Shown here one piece after another: positions 18,115-32,311 of a DNA stretch of 64,000 nucleotides. The translations under genes were made by a program, and so were the position numbers. This stretch comes from the human T2T-CHM13v2.0 reference genome, Homo sapiens: the NCBI RefSeq assembly GCF_009914755.1, contig NC_060940.1; one strand, given 5' to 3'. Below the pieces are notes generated by a model, which did no database searches, had not been told where the DNA came from, and worked only from the letters and a program-made list of their open reading frames with translations. Numbering within the stretch: the first letter of the stretch is position 1; each line of letters begins with the position of its first letter.

Positions 18115-18640
18115 CCAACAAGTATTTGTTGGGGGCCTCCCATGTGCTGGGCACTGCTTACAGGCAAGGCCCCTGTGCTCATGGCCTCTGCCTTCTTTCT
18201 AATGATGGGAGATGAAGAGGAAGCAAACAAAACACTTTGAGAAAACAAGGAACACTATCAAGGAAATAAAATAAAGCGGCATGATGTGATAGAGGGTGGC
18301 CAGTGGGCTGAGTGTGATTAGCAGGGATAATGGCATTTAGTTGAGACCTCAGGGACCAGCAGGAGGGAGCCAGCTTGCTGAAAATTCCAGGGAAGAGTAT
18401 ACCAGGCAGAGGGAGCGGCAGAGGCAGAGGCCAGAGGGAAGAGTGAAGCAGCAGGCTTGTGAGTGACAGGAACTGACAGCCAGTGGGTGTGACTGGAGCC
18501 TCGGGATGGGGAGGGGTGGGTGACGCTGGAGGAAAGGCAGGGACAGCCAGTTAGGCTTTGTGAGCCCCATGGTGGGCTTGGTTTCTTTCTAAGTGCATGG
18601 AAATTTAGATCCCAGGAGTATCTGAAGGACATCATGCAAG
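18115..18640 (-). mobile_element. L2 fragment
   Basis: caacaagtatttgttgg...atgtgctgggcactg...ccaggcagagggagc. Confidence 0.6.
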
Positions 18641-18733
18641 GTCAGTGTGTTTAGGCCCCAAAACCACCCAGTGGGGGCAGTCATTTTGTTTTTCTCATTT
18701 TACAAAGGAGAAAACAGAGCCTTGAAAAATCTG

Positions 18734-19362
<629 letters not shown>

Positions 19363-19959
19363 GAATTTGAGCACCCGCCTCTAGTCCCTAAGGCAGTGCA
19401 TGGAGGAGGCTGGATTTGTACCCTGGGTCCATCTGTCTGGCAGGTTCTAACACATTAAGTCAGATGTTGGAAAGATACAGTTTAAGACTATGAGACATTG
19501 GAACATAAGAAACACCCACCATACCAGTGGGGAGAGGAAGGAGATGCTTCAGCACTGGTAGTTCTCATAGTCTTATCTTTCAGTGGCTTTAGGGCACAGG
19601 TTGGGACTAGTTTAGCCTTAAGGTCTTGGAGAAGACCTGCTTTTCATTTGCCTGTTGCCCCAGCACTGTGGGGTCAGAATCTTTCTTGTGATCAGAGTTT
19701 AGAGAAGGGAGGGAGCAGTGGGCTGGAGGCATTCCAGGTAGCCCTGGAGAAGGCAGGAGAGGCATAAGTTAGAAGGGTGAGGGAAGGGAGGAGGGCCAGT
19801 GGCTGACGCTTACTGAGCCCTTGCTGTGAACCCAGCACAGTGCTAGCCATCGTGGGGCACAAAAGCCTGTGCAAGATGCAGTCGCAGCTCCTGAGCAGCC
19901 TCGCTGTCTGGTTGGGTTCCATCTGCTTTACCACTACCAACAAAACCAAGGGACGGACA

Positions 19960-20215
19960 CCTCTTACTGATAGTAACCACCAGGCACTGGGCGAAGCACG
20001 TTGCTCAGCCATGTCGTATAATCCTATCAACAACCTGTAGTCCCAGCTACTTGGGTGGGAGAGAGTTACTGAGGGCATCTCCATTTTACAGATGGGGAAA
20101 CTGAGACACAGAGAAAGAGGTTAAATAACTTGCCCAAGCCACACAACTAGGAAGATGTGGAGCTGGGACTTGAATCTAACTATGCCATTCCAGATAATTA
20201 GGCTCTTGGACACCG
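19960..20215 (-). mobile_element. MIR
   Basis: ccattttacagatggggaaactgagacacagag...aacttgcccaag. Confidence 0.8.
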
Positions 20216-20255
20216 TCTTATCCTGGCACTAAGTACATCAGTGGAGTGATGATGA

Positions 20256-20592
<337 letters not shown>

Positions 20593-20858
20593 ACAGCCAC
20601 CTTTTCTAAAACCCTTCCAAATGCCTGGCTTTTGCTAGGAACTCTACAAGCGTTCCTTCAGGTAATCCTCCTAACAACTTTTGCTATTACCCGTAGTCCT
20701 TCTCTCCATTATATGGTGAGGAAACTGAGACTTTGCTTCATATGACTCCATTTTCCCCAACACTTCCTGCTAGCCTGTTTTGCTCCTTTGGGAGTATGAG
20801 AGTCAGTGTTTGCTGGACTGTGAGGCTGAAGATGATAACATTTCTTCAAATTGGCCTG

Positions 20859-20887
<29 letters not shown>
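20859..20887. repeat. T29 mononucleotide run
   Basis: Direct reading. Confidence 0.95.
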
Positions 20888-20889
<2 letters not shown>

Positions 20890-21044
20890 AGAAAGACAGA
20901 TTTCACTGGCCAAGATCTGCCCAAGAGGCTGAATAAATTCCTAGGTTGTGAGAAGCAGGTGGATGGAGAAGACTTTCTCTCCAAACCTCCCTGTGTTAGG
21001 ACCAGGGAATGGGTTATGTGAATCTGGCAACCCTGTCCCACCCT

Positions 21045-21432
21045 GGACCTGCACCCTTTACCACTACCCTGGCACATCCGGGACCTGCACCCTTTACCAC
21101 TACCCTGGCACATCCGGGACCTGCACCCTTAACCACTACCCTGGCACATCCGGGACCTGCACCTTAACCACTACCCTGGCACACCCGGGACCTGCACCCT
21201 TAACCACTACCCTGGCACATCCAGGACCTGCAACCTTAACCACTAACCTGGCACATCCAGGACCTGCACCGTTAACCACTAACCTGGCACAACCAGGACA
21301 TGTGCCCTTAACTATTACCCTGGCACAACCGGGACATGCACCCTTAACCACTACCCTGGCACATCTGGGACATGCACGCTTAACCACTACTCTAGCATCA
21401 TCCGGGACCTGCACCCTTAACTACTACCCTGG
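21045..21432. repeat. 36-bp minisatellite (VNTR), about 10.8 copies
   Basis: Unit ggacctgcacccttaaccactaccctggcacatccg; starts at 21045, 21081, 21117, 21153, 21188, 21224, 21260, 21296, 21332, 21368, 21405. Confidence 0.95.
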
Positions 21433-22228
21433 TCTGCCTCCTTGAGTGGCCCAGGGAACATCTAGAAGCTGAGAGAAAGAGAGGGATAAAACCAAGTTCA
21501 CAGCAGTATCCTAAGAAAGTGTTCTCACTTAAAAATGCAAAGATGCTCACAGAGTGTTCAGGTTACACTGGAAAACTCCAGAAACAAAGTGGTTTGTGTA
21601 CATGGGAGGAAGCAGAATCAACTTCCCACCTTAGCATTGTGGGTGCTTAGCCCACGCCTGTGTATCGCTCAGGGAATCAGAGTCACTATAAGCATCATGG
21701 AATAAGGGATTTACTGTACACGTTAGACCTTATACAAGCTTGGAGATGCTGGAGACGGGAAGATCTGGAGGGGTGAATTGAGAATCAGAGGAAGAGCAGT
21801 GGTGCAGGTGGACAAGTAGGAGTTGGTAGGGGATCCAAGAAGCCAAGCACGTTGAGCTGCTGACATAGATATTGATGAATTTCATGAAGCTTTTACAGGC
21901 ACTGGTTTCACCCTTGGGTAACTCAGTACAGGTATGTTGACAGCCTTCCACTAATTCAAAGATGGTTCATAGGTGTCCCAGAATCTTTTAATTCCCAAGT
22001 GAGGCAGCCCCAACTCCTTCAGCCATTTACTTTCTAATCCTTAATCCACAGCCCACAACCTCAAACACATGATAGGGCCGAGTATGCCATCATTGATGTC
22101 AACCCGGAACTCTTCCTAGACAACACTCCAGTTGGAGTAGCTTCCTTATAAAGCAGGGTGCCCAGAGTGAAAGAGAATCCACCTGTGTTGCCGAGGAGCG
22201 AAGGATTGTCACTTTCCTTATTCTAGAT

Positions 22229-22276
22229 CAGCTGTTTTCAAACCTTTCGGCTTCCAGCCCATCTAGGTTTTATGTA

Positions 22277-22308
<32 letters not shown>

Positions 22309-22569
22309 AACAAGCACAAACTCACAAACACACACACATTGCACAAACAAGCACACACTCACAACCAAAACCAAACTGCCATTAATGCTTACCTCTACTT
22401 ATGCTCACCACACACTCTGATACATTCTCCTCTCTTTTGTGGCCCTCTTTTCTGTTCATTTCCATTCTATTTCCTTTAAGAAACCCTTTAAGGAAAATGC
22501 TCTTACTCTGCAAATTGATTTCACTAACAATTGGCAAATGTGTCATGACCCGCCGCTTGAAAAACACTG
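22229..22569. mobile_element. hAT-Charlie-type MITE containing a (CA)n tract
   Basis: Terminal inverted repeats cagctgttttcaa / ttgaaaaacactg; 8-bp TSD ttctagat / tcctagac. Confidence 0.7.
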
Positions 22570-22929
22570 TCCTAGACAACAAAATTCTCTTTCTGCATCC
22601 TGAGATGATACTACTCTTTTGGGGGGTCTGGGGGTACCACCAGCCACATTGCACTGTTGACTTATCTTGGGTTTATGATCAGTTAAAGCTCTCTTGTCTA
22701 TCACATCGGGTGCTGCTAGCCTGCAGGCCCCACATCCTTGTGCAAGATTTTTTTTTTTTTTGAGACTCCAGGATGAAACCTGATGCATTTCATCTTGTAG
22801 GGTTTGGCCTTTTGCTCCACGGCCAGGCTGAGAGCTTTTGGGTCTTCCTGTTCTTGTGCCGAGTGTCTTCCGGACATCACCTTCCTCACACCATTCTCTG
22901 TGCTACTTGTTCTGCCCTCCTTACTTTTG

Positions 22930-23400
22930 AAAAGATAGTTTATTACTCATAGATGAGGAGCAGGCGTGCCACTCCATGAAAGGCCACACAGGGAAGCAGC
23001 AGGGTCTGCCAGGAGGCAGAGGAAGCGGAAAGAAAACGTGGCAGGAGCATTTGCTGCTGTTTCTGTGAGAAGGAGCAGGTAGGGCGGGAAACCAGCCTTA
23101 GGGCTGGCTGGTTTGAATGATCTCAGCAGACTCTGGGTGTAGAGGCTGTCTCTCTAGTTGCCTGGTACCTGATACCTGGTGCTTTTACCTGGGGTAATTA
23201 GCACAGGCTGGCCCAGAGTGTAAGAGCCCCATGAAGGAGTTGGTTGGAGGTTTGGGCTTTGGATTGGTTGGTTTGCATATGAAAGGTGCGCTTGCAGGTG
23301 AGTTCTTTACTGTCTCTAGGAATGGGCTAGCCCTGGGACAGACAGTTTCTCCAGGGTCAGCAAGGCTCCGAGACACCAAAGCATCAGAAATACAGAAAAT
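22930..23400 (-). mobile_element. MER74-like ERVL LTR
   Basis: Reverse complement attttctgtatttctgatgctttg...gccttgctgaccctggag...ctttcatatgcaaaccaaccaatcc. Confidence 0.75.
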
Positions 23401-23402
23401 AG

Positions 23403-23899
23403 AGCCAGGTGCAGTGGCTCATGCCTGTAATCCCAGAGACTCAGGAGGCTGAGGTGAAGAATCACTTGAGGCAAGGAGTTTGAGACCAGTCTGGGCAACA
23501 TAGTGAGACCCCTGTCCCTAAAAAAAATTAAAAATAAAATTACCCAGGCATGGTAGTGCAGCATGCCTGTAATCTCAGCTACTCAGGAGACTGAGGAAGG
23601 AGGATCACTGAATCCAGGAGTTCAAGGAAAGAGGCCGGGCACAGTGGCTCACGCCTGTAATCCCAGCACTTTGGGAGGCTGAGGCAGGTGGCGAGTGAAT
23701 CACCAGGTCAGGAAAGGGAGACCATCCTGGCCAACATGGTGAAACCCTGTCTCTACTAAAAATACAAAAATTAGCTGGGCATGGTGGCGGGCACCTGTAA
23801 TCCCAGCTACTCAGGAGGCTGAGGCAGGAGAATCGCTTGAACCTGGGAGGTGGAGGTTGCAGTGAGCAAGCGAGACTCCGTCTCAAAAAAAAAAAAAAA
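23403..23899 (+). mobile_element. Truncated AluJ (23403-23626) plus AluS (23633-23899)
   Basis: Two Alu heads, A tail ending 23899. Confidence 0.88.
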
Positions 23900-24143
23900 G
23901 ACATAAAATTAATAGACCTTAGACTATTTTATTTAATTATTTTATCAAAATAGGATAGGCATAGTTAAAAATGCCAATGTGCATTGGAGAGCTGAGGATG
24001 AAAAGCAATGTCCTGTACTTGAGCTTGCATCAGAATCATCTAGAGAGTGCCCCACCCTCAGAGTTTCTGATTCAGTAGACATTGAAGAATGAGAATTTGA
24101 ATTTCTAACAGGTCCCCAGAGAATGCTGGTGTGTTCACACTCC

Positions 24144-24770
24144 GGTTACCAGAAAGGGATCCCGATCCAGAACCCAAGAGAGGTTCTTAGGTCTTTTGCA
24201 AGAAAGAATTCGAGGCAAATCCATAAAGTCAAAGCAAGCTTACTAAGAAAGTAAAGGAATAAAGCATGGCTACTCCACAGGCAGAGCAGCCCTAAAGCTG
24301 CTGGCTAGCCACTTTTGAGGTCATTTCCTGATTATATGCTAAAAAAGGGGTGGATTTTTCATGAGTTTTCTGGGAAAGGGGTGGCAGATTCCCAGAACTG
24401 AGGATTCCTCCTCTTTTTAGACCATGTAGGGTAACTTCCTGACGTTGCCATGACGATTGTAAACTGTCATGGCGCTGCTGGGAGTGTCTCTTAGCATGCT
24501 AATGCATTACAATTACTGTATAATGAGCAGCAAAGACGACCAGACGTCACTTTTGTTGCCATCTTGGTTTTGGAGGATTTTGACCTACTTCTTTAACACA
24601 ACCTGTTTTATCAGCAAGGTCTTTGTGACCTGTACCTTGTGCTGACGTCCTGTCTCATTCAGTGACTTAGAATCCCTTAACCTCCTGAGAATGCAGCCCA
24701 GTAGGTCTCAGCCTTATTTTACCCAGCCCCTATTCAAGATGGAGTCACTCTGGTTCAAACATCTCTGACA
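24144..24770 (-). mobile_element. MER41B ERV1 solo LTR
   Basis: Reverse complement starts tgtcagagatgtttgaaccagagtgactccatcttgaataggggctgggtaaaat; carries the B-type block with GAS sites; TSD ctcc/ctct. Confidence 0.92.
24368..24397. promoter_or_regulatory. Tandem GAS (STAT) motifs
   Basis: TTCTGGGAA 24368-24376 and TTCCCAGAA 24389-24397. Confidence 0.7.
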
Positions 24771-24979
24771 CTCTGAGAACCACTGCATTGGAAGACACTA
24801 TTTTCAACTCTTTAAACTCTTTCTTCCAGCACTTGAGCTCTAAATTTTAATCATGTGCTCTGTCTCTCTGTCATTTCACTATTTCATGGCTCTGACTTCC
24901 TGAGAAGGTTTTAATTCTCTGATGTGATCCCTCTAGTTCTCTTCCCCTCACATCCAGCACGGGGTTACTGCCATTTGTA

Positions 24980-26086
<1,107 letters not shown>

Positions 26087-26149
26087 ATTTAAGTTATGTA
26101 TTTGCAACTCCATTTCTTGCTTTCCCAATGGTAGGCAATATCTCTTAAC

Positions 26150-26350
26150 TTTGTCTTTTGTAGAGCATTTTTATATGCATGATATCATTTACTCCCTATG
26201 AGATGTGACTATTGTCCCTATTCTGTAGAGGAGGCAACTGAAGCTCGGAAAGGTTAAATGACTTGGCCAGATTCATATAGCTGATAAGTGCTGGTGCTGG
26301 AATTTAAACCCAGGTTTGTCTTAATATGGAGATCTTAGCACCTATTTTAT
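26150..26350 (-). mobile_element. MIR
   Basis: tagaggaggcaactgaagctcggaaaggttaaatgacttg. Confidence 0.7.
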
Positions 26351-26886
26351 ATGAAGAGACAATCCTTTAGGGATACTGGGGAAACCTGTGGCTTTTGGAC
26401 AATAAATTAAAAACCCTTTCCCAAGAAGGGGAGCTGTGTGTGTATCAATCAAACAAAATGAGAACTATTCTGAGAGGGAGGAAAAGGTTCTTTTCTGTGG
26501 GAACGCTGACCAAGCCGTTGACAGCTCATTTATGTGATGCTGGTGCAGTTTGACATTCATAGTACAAGACTTGCATGCAATTAGCACGAATCGTTCTAAC
26601 AGTCTCTTGAAAACATTTGGAATTTTCCCTCTGTCTGGCCTTGTGCATGATGTAAACATGGCTTTATTTAGTTGGTCATCCATCCCAGAATAGTGTGGTC
26701 TGCATCTGTCTGCATCACTGTGGTCTGATTGAGGTCTTGTTTTCCTGGAGGGCAGAGACTGTTGTGTAGGCTTGCTTTGTGGATCCTCCTCCCCCAGGAT
26801 CATTCGCCACAAACCCGATGGCAGCCTCTCTCTTTAGCTCATGACAATTTCTCCAAGTGTAAGCTGGGGGTCCCGTTCAGTATGCA

Positions 26887-26908
26887 ATGCAAATGAGATG
26901 CAAATGAG
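26887..26908 (+). promoter_or_regulatory. Tandem octamer motif (ATGCAAATGAG)x2
   Basis: ATGCAAAT at 26887-26894 and 26898-26905; binding not shown. Confidence 0.55.
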
Positions 26909-27689
26909 GGGCCCTCTTGGGCACAGGCCAGGAGGCCAGAGCTCTGGGGACTTCTGTACCCCTCCTCTGAGTTGCCTAATGAAGCTGACCGTTCCTTTCA
27001 CAATCATCTTCTCCACCCACCAAAGGCCTCTTAATGAGGGCAGAAGCTGACTGCTCTGAAACCCCTTCAGACACCTGGTGATTGGAAGCTGGAGAGACAG
27101 TGAGCTTTAGATGGGCTGTCAGCCGCTGCTGAGTCCTCATCAGCTGCCTGCTGGGTTCTGAGAAGCACTAGGGAAGGAAGGGAGATGGCCCTGGAACTGA
27201 CTGCTATTGTCTGTTCCTCCTCCCCTGACGAGCTGCATGCGGCAGCCACGGATGGCTGGGTTTGGGCTTTCACGTCGGCTTCTCTGGCCCTTGCTGGATG
27301 CCTGCTTCAGCTCAGAGAATGTGGCTTCACAGGGACTTGGAATAAGAGCTGAGAGCCTGTTCCCCCCATCGAGGATCAATGCTCCTTTGATTTCATTTCT
27401 TCTTTCCAGACGAATCCACTGTCTTAGCCCGTTGTTGGAGAAATCCCGACCTAAGCAGGCTTTCAAATTGGGGAAAGAAAAGTGAACCAATCTGAAATCA
27501 TGGAATGGTTGGTGGAGAAGGACAAGTAGGCATATCCATAAAGAGCCAGCAGTCCCAAAGGATGTTCCAGTGCATCTTTCTGCTTATTTCTTCTAGTTTT
27601 GTAGGGGTGTGTGGTGTGCAATGCTGTTTGCTTGACAGAATCCTTTCAGTCTCTCTCTCTCTCGAAATATAAATTTCCTGCACTACAAC

Positions 27690-27885
27690 AGCCTACTAAG
27701 TGCCAGACACAGTGCTGGGCTCTTTACCTGCATCAACCCATTTTGTCTCCATTGACAAAAGGGGAAACTGAGGCTCAGAGAGGTTAATTGACTTGCTCAA
27801 GGTCAACTGGGCTTCTGTGTGGCAGAACTGGAGTTTGGTCCCAGGTCTGTTTGCATCTAACACCCAGCCCCTTAACCACTTTGCC
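27690..27885 (-). mobile_element. MIR
   Basis: ggaaactgaggctcagagaggttaa...cccttaaccact. Confidence 0.8.
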
Positions 27886-28279
27886 GAATTGAGAATTTGG
27901 AAATTAAAATGGTGATTTCAACTCAGGGATGGGTGTGCTTTCTTTCAGCCTTGCAGTAAGTGCACATCTTCTTTCTCTTTTCCTCTTTGAAGCTGCCAGC
28001 CTCTCCCTTGGGGTTCTCCTTGGCTCTGGCCATGATTTCCCCAGCTTCCTCATTCATACCTCCTGGCATCAGACTGACCTGGGCTAATCACCATCTCTGC
28101 CTGTCACTAGTTCAAGAGGCAGCTTATGGGGACTTGTGGGTCATACAGGTTCCCCTAGAAAGATGATGGGCAGACTGACATTGGGATTGAAATGTCTTGT
28201 CTCCAGCGTTCTTGAATAGGGGCAACAATGCCCACTGGGTCTCCAGGCATGGGGTCTAAAAGTGAATGCAAAATACCTG

Positions 28280-28708
28280 TGATACAGTGTGGATGTTTTA
28301 TCCCCACCAAGTCTCATGTTGAAATGTGATCCTCGGTGTTGGAGGTGAGGCCTCGTGGGAGGTGCTTGGGCCATTTTTGGGTCATGGGGCAGACACCTCA
28401 TGCCTGGCTTGGTGCACTCCATGTCACCTAAACGAGTTCTCGCTCCATGTTCACTAGAGATCTGGTTGTTTAAAAGAGTCTGGCACCTCCCCTCTCTCAT
28501 TCTTGTTCCCGCTCCTACCATGTGATACACGGGCTCCCCTTTCTCCTTGTACCATGATTGGAAGCTTCCTGAGTCCCTCACCAGAAGTGGATGCCAGCAC
28601 CATGCTTCCTGGACAGCCTACAGAACCATGAACAAAAATAAACCTCTTTTCTTTATAAAGTACCCAGCCTCAGGTATTCCTTGAGAGCAACGCAAACGGA
28701 TGAACACA
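28280..28708 (+). mobile_element. MSTB-like MaLR solo LTR
   Basis: tgatacagtgtggatg...tctcatgttgaaatgtgatcc...cccagcctcaggtattcc...aacaca. Confidence 0.88.
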
Positions 28709-29679
28709 GCCTATTTCCATAGCCTTGCTATTGGTGAGTCTTGGGCCCGTGGTGCATGCACAGGGGCCAGATCCAGCCCTTACCCCAAGAGCAGATTCAA
28801 ACGTGTCTTTCCCTGATTATTTATGGCCACTAAAATGGAAGGTGATGGTTGTGGTGGGTGTCTATGATCAGGGCTCAATAAATATTTGTTGAAAACAAAA
28901 ATGTAAACAAGAAAAAGACAGGACCTTGTCAACAAGTGTTATATAGTTGCAGATCTTTATCTTGGATTGTTCAGACTCTGCCCTTCTCTGGCAGGCACAC
29001 TTTTGGGAATGGGAAGGGCCAACAGTGCTTCTTTGGTCCCATTAGATCCCCATGTCAGCCCTATGAAATAATACTATCCCATACTTACTACTATTTCAGC
29101 TTTACAGAAGGGAAAAATGCAGCTCAGAGAGGTGAATTCACTTGCCCAAAGTCCCATCGCTAGGGAGCGATGGGATTTGAATTAAAAATGCAGATGTGAT
29201 TGATTCTAAACGCAGGCTGTTAATGCATAGCTTTCCTGGGGAACAAAAAGAGCTTTCCTTTCATACCTCATTCATTCATTCATTCACTTATTCTTTAATC
29301 TCTTCTGTATGGGAGGTCATTTGCTAGATACTGGATGGCTGTAGGAATGAATATGATTCTTTACACGCTGAGTATTTCATAGCCCTACTAAGAGAGAAGA
29401 AGAGAGAGCTCACTATAAAAGGGGGGATTGGTGAAGAGATAATGGAGTAGGAAGCACATGCTGTGGGAGGTGCCAGGGGATGAGAGGTTAATTCCAACCC
29501 ATGGGGTTGTGATAGGCTTCACAGAGGCAAAGGCAGTGGACTTAGTTCTGGATGGGGCAGAGATCTAACGCTTATTGATGGCTTGCCCCTTGCTAGGACT
29601 CAGCTCGGTGGGCGCTTTGTCTATTTTCTACTTTGAAAGATGAATAGAAACTTTGACGGTCTTTTGCCCTCTGAAATCC

Positions 29680-30220
29680 ACTCTTCACACCCAGCCACAG
29701 GAATCTTTCTAAAATGTAAATCAGGCCATGTCACCCCCCTGCTTAAATGATTCCAAGCCTTCTCAGAGCTTCCAACTGAAACCTAAACTCCTCACTCCTG
29801 CTCTAAGAGCCTGCAGATTCTGCTTCCTTCAGCCTCTTTCCAACCTTGTTTGTTCTTTTCCCATGATAGCCACATCTCTGAGCCAACAAATATTTTTCCT
29901 TCCTTCTTGCACTTGCTCTTCCCTCAGCTTGGGTTGCTTTTCCTTGGGCTCTATGTGTTGCCAACTTTCCAGTAGCCTTCAGTCATCACTAAATGTCACC
30001 TTCTCAGAAAGCCCGCCTCTGAGTCTTATCTGAAGAAACCCCTCCCAGTCACTCCCTATCCCATTACTCTGTTTGCATTTGTTTATTTATTTGCTTCTTG
30101 CCTGTTTCTCTCCACTGGATGGAGAGCAAGAACCTTCCTTATTTTTTATGCCACTTTGTGCTAGTGCAGTGCACAATTGACATGTACAGATGCACAATTA
30201 GAGTTTGCTGAGTAAATGGC
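29680..30220 (+). mobile_element. L2 3' region
   Basis: aatctttctaaaatgtaaatcaggccatgtcac...aaatgtcaccttctcaga. Confidence 0.65.
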
Positions 30221-30549
30221 TAAATAGGTTAAAAAAAAAAACCAAAAACGGTGGGCTGCTAGGCAGAAGTGTAACCACACAAGTGAACCTTGAAAGTTAC
30301 CATGAAACGTAACCTTCATGCCCTGTGAAGGTGCCTTAGGTTTCTGGTGTGTTTGGACCATAGATTGTAGCTATGAAGTCTGATTAATGCCTGAATCAGA
30401 CATTGAATGACCTGAATAAATAGTTAAAAAGTTGGACTTCTAGGCTGAAGTGTAACCACATGAGAGAAGCATGAATGTTACCATGAAGGTGCCTAGGGTT
30501 TCTGGTGTGTTCAGACCATAGATTGTAGCTATGAAGTCTGATTAATGCC
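30205..30549. repeat. Imperfect tandem duplication (about 160-180 bp, two copies)
   Basis: Identical 36-mer at 30356-30391 and 30514-30549. Confidence 0.85.
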
Positions 30550-31185
30550 AGCTCACAGAAGAGCTTGCTCAAGCATGCTAGGGATTTGGTGAGCCATTGT
30601 AGGTGGTAATGACCTGATCTAGTTACCATGGGTGACAATTAAAAAGAAGGATTAAAGATGTAAGGGACTAGAGCTGTAGAGACCCATCCAGGAGCTATTG
30701 ATCCCTGTAGGATGGAGGAGATGAAACATACATGAATTAAGGAAGTGGAAGGATAAGAATAAATTGATGTAGAGGATCAGGGAGAGGATGGAGGAGTCAG
30801 GACTAACAGAGATTTCTGACTCAGGAAGACATGTGGATAGTGAGCGTGATAGCCAATTAGGGTTAGAAGTCACAGAAGCTTACCAGAAGGGAAAGGTAAT
30901 CATCTTGCTTTAGTATATGTTGAGATGTTTTTGGGTTGCATGGGTGACTGTGTCCAGTAGGCAGATGAATCTGTATATCCAGAGATCCGATTGGAAAAAC
31001 AGAGCCAACAGTATGGATGCAGGGGTCACCGGCCCTAACAGTGGAAGCTGAATTCTTTGAGTGGGTCAGGAATTAGTGCAGCACTGTAAGAGCAGGAAGG
31101 TTCAGGCTCTGGGAAATGGAGCCACTTCAGTCATCAGTGGAGCAAGAGGAGCCAGTGAAGGAGAATTTAAAAATAATGCTTTTAA

Positions 31186-31485
<300 letters not shown>

Positions 31486-31949
31486 TTATTATTAGTAGTA
31501 ATAATTATAGTGCTTTTAGAGAATGAAGGGGAACCAGCCGAGTAAATGGTCATAGAAGCCAAGGGAAGAGAGAATTCAAGAAAGTGGATATGGCCAACAC
31601 CTTAGATGCTGCCAACTGGTAATGATAAACACGAGGCTAAGAATTGAACAGAGTCACTGGATTTGGTCATTTAACTTAGGGACTTGGGAAGTGCTCTTTC
31701 AGTGGCATAGTAGGAGTTAAGAGGCAGGATGCCGGAAAGCCTGGATGCTGGATGTTGAGGAGGGAATTGAAGGAGGGGATGTGGAAAGAGGAGTGTAGAC
31801 AACTCATGAGAATTTGGGTTGTGGAAGAAAGGGGCCAGGGAAGGCGTCTTAGAAGGAAGTTATTTCTGAGAGGCATCTGAGCAGGTTTATAGCATGAATG
31901 GAAGAAAGCAAGGTGCCTGGGAATAGGGATAGGAATTAAGCAGAAGCGG

Positions 31950-32170
31950 TCCTAGGCTTTGTCTTCAGGAAGATAGGTGTTCAAGTCCCAGCTCTGCCAC
32001 ATGCTGGCTGTGGGACTTTGGGCAAGTTAATGAAGCCCCATGAGTCTCAGTGTCCTCATCTGGCGAGCAGAGAGAGTAGCCTGTACCTTGCAGAGTCATG
32101 GCAAGGATGAAACAAGAATGTCTCTCAGGGCCTTCACAGCGCTTAGTGCATAATGAGGGGTTAGTTAGTG
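31950..32170 (+). mobile_element. MIR
   Basis: gttcaagtcccagctctgccac...ggcaagtta...tctcagtgtcctcatctg. Confidence 0.75.
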
Positions 32171-32311
32171 AACTCCTACCAAGCTCCTTTGTACAGGGCA
32201 TTTAGCAAAGACGTCAGTGACCCTGAGAATCCCTAGTCTAAGGTAGGTACCCCTTCCCTAAGCGCTGAACTTCCTCCCTTATGCATGTATCACATCTACA
32301 ATGTTTCCTTG

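Larger units (their letters stand above)
24015..24786. mobile_element. MER5A split by MER41B
   Basis: catcagaatca...gtttctgattcagtag...cacactc | ctctgagaaccactg. Confidence 0.7.

Noticed and set aside
18665-18682. CTCF-like cccagtgggggcag
   Set aside because: Several mismatches in the 5' half of the core.
21045-21432. 36-bp repeats resembling a CRISPR array
   Set aside because: Units are contiguous with no unique spacers, and the DNA is a primate intron.
20948-21445. 165-aa repetitive ORF (HPGPAPLTTTLA)n and its antisense partner
   Set aside because: A by-product of the 36-bp stop-poor VNTR; no credible start context or splice sites.
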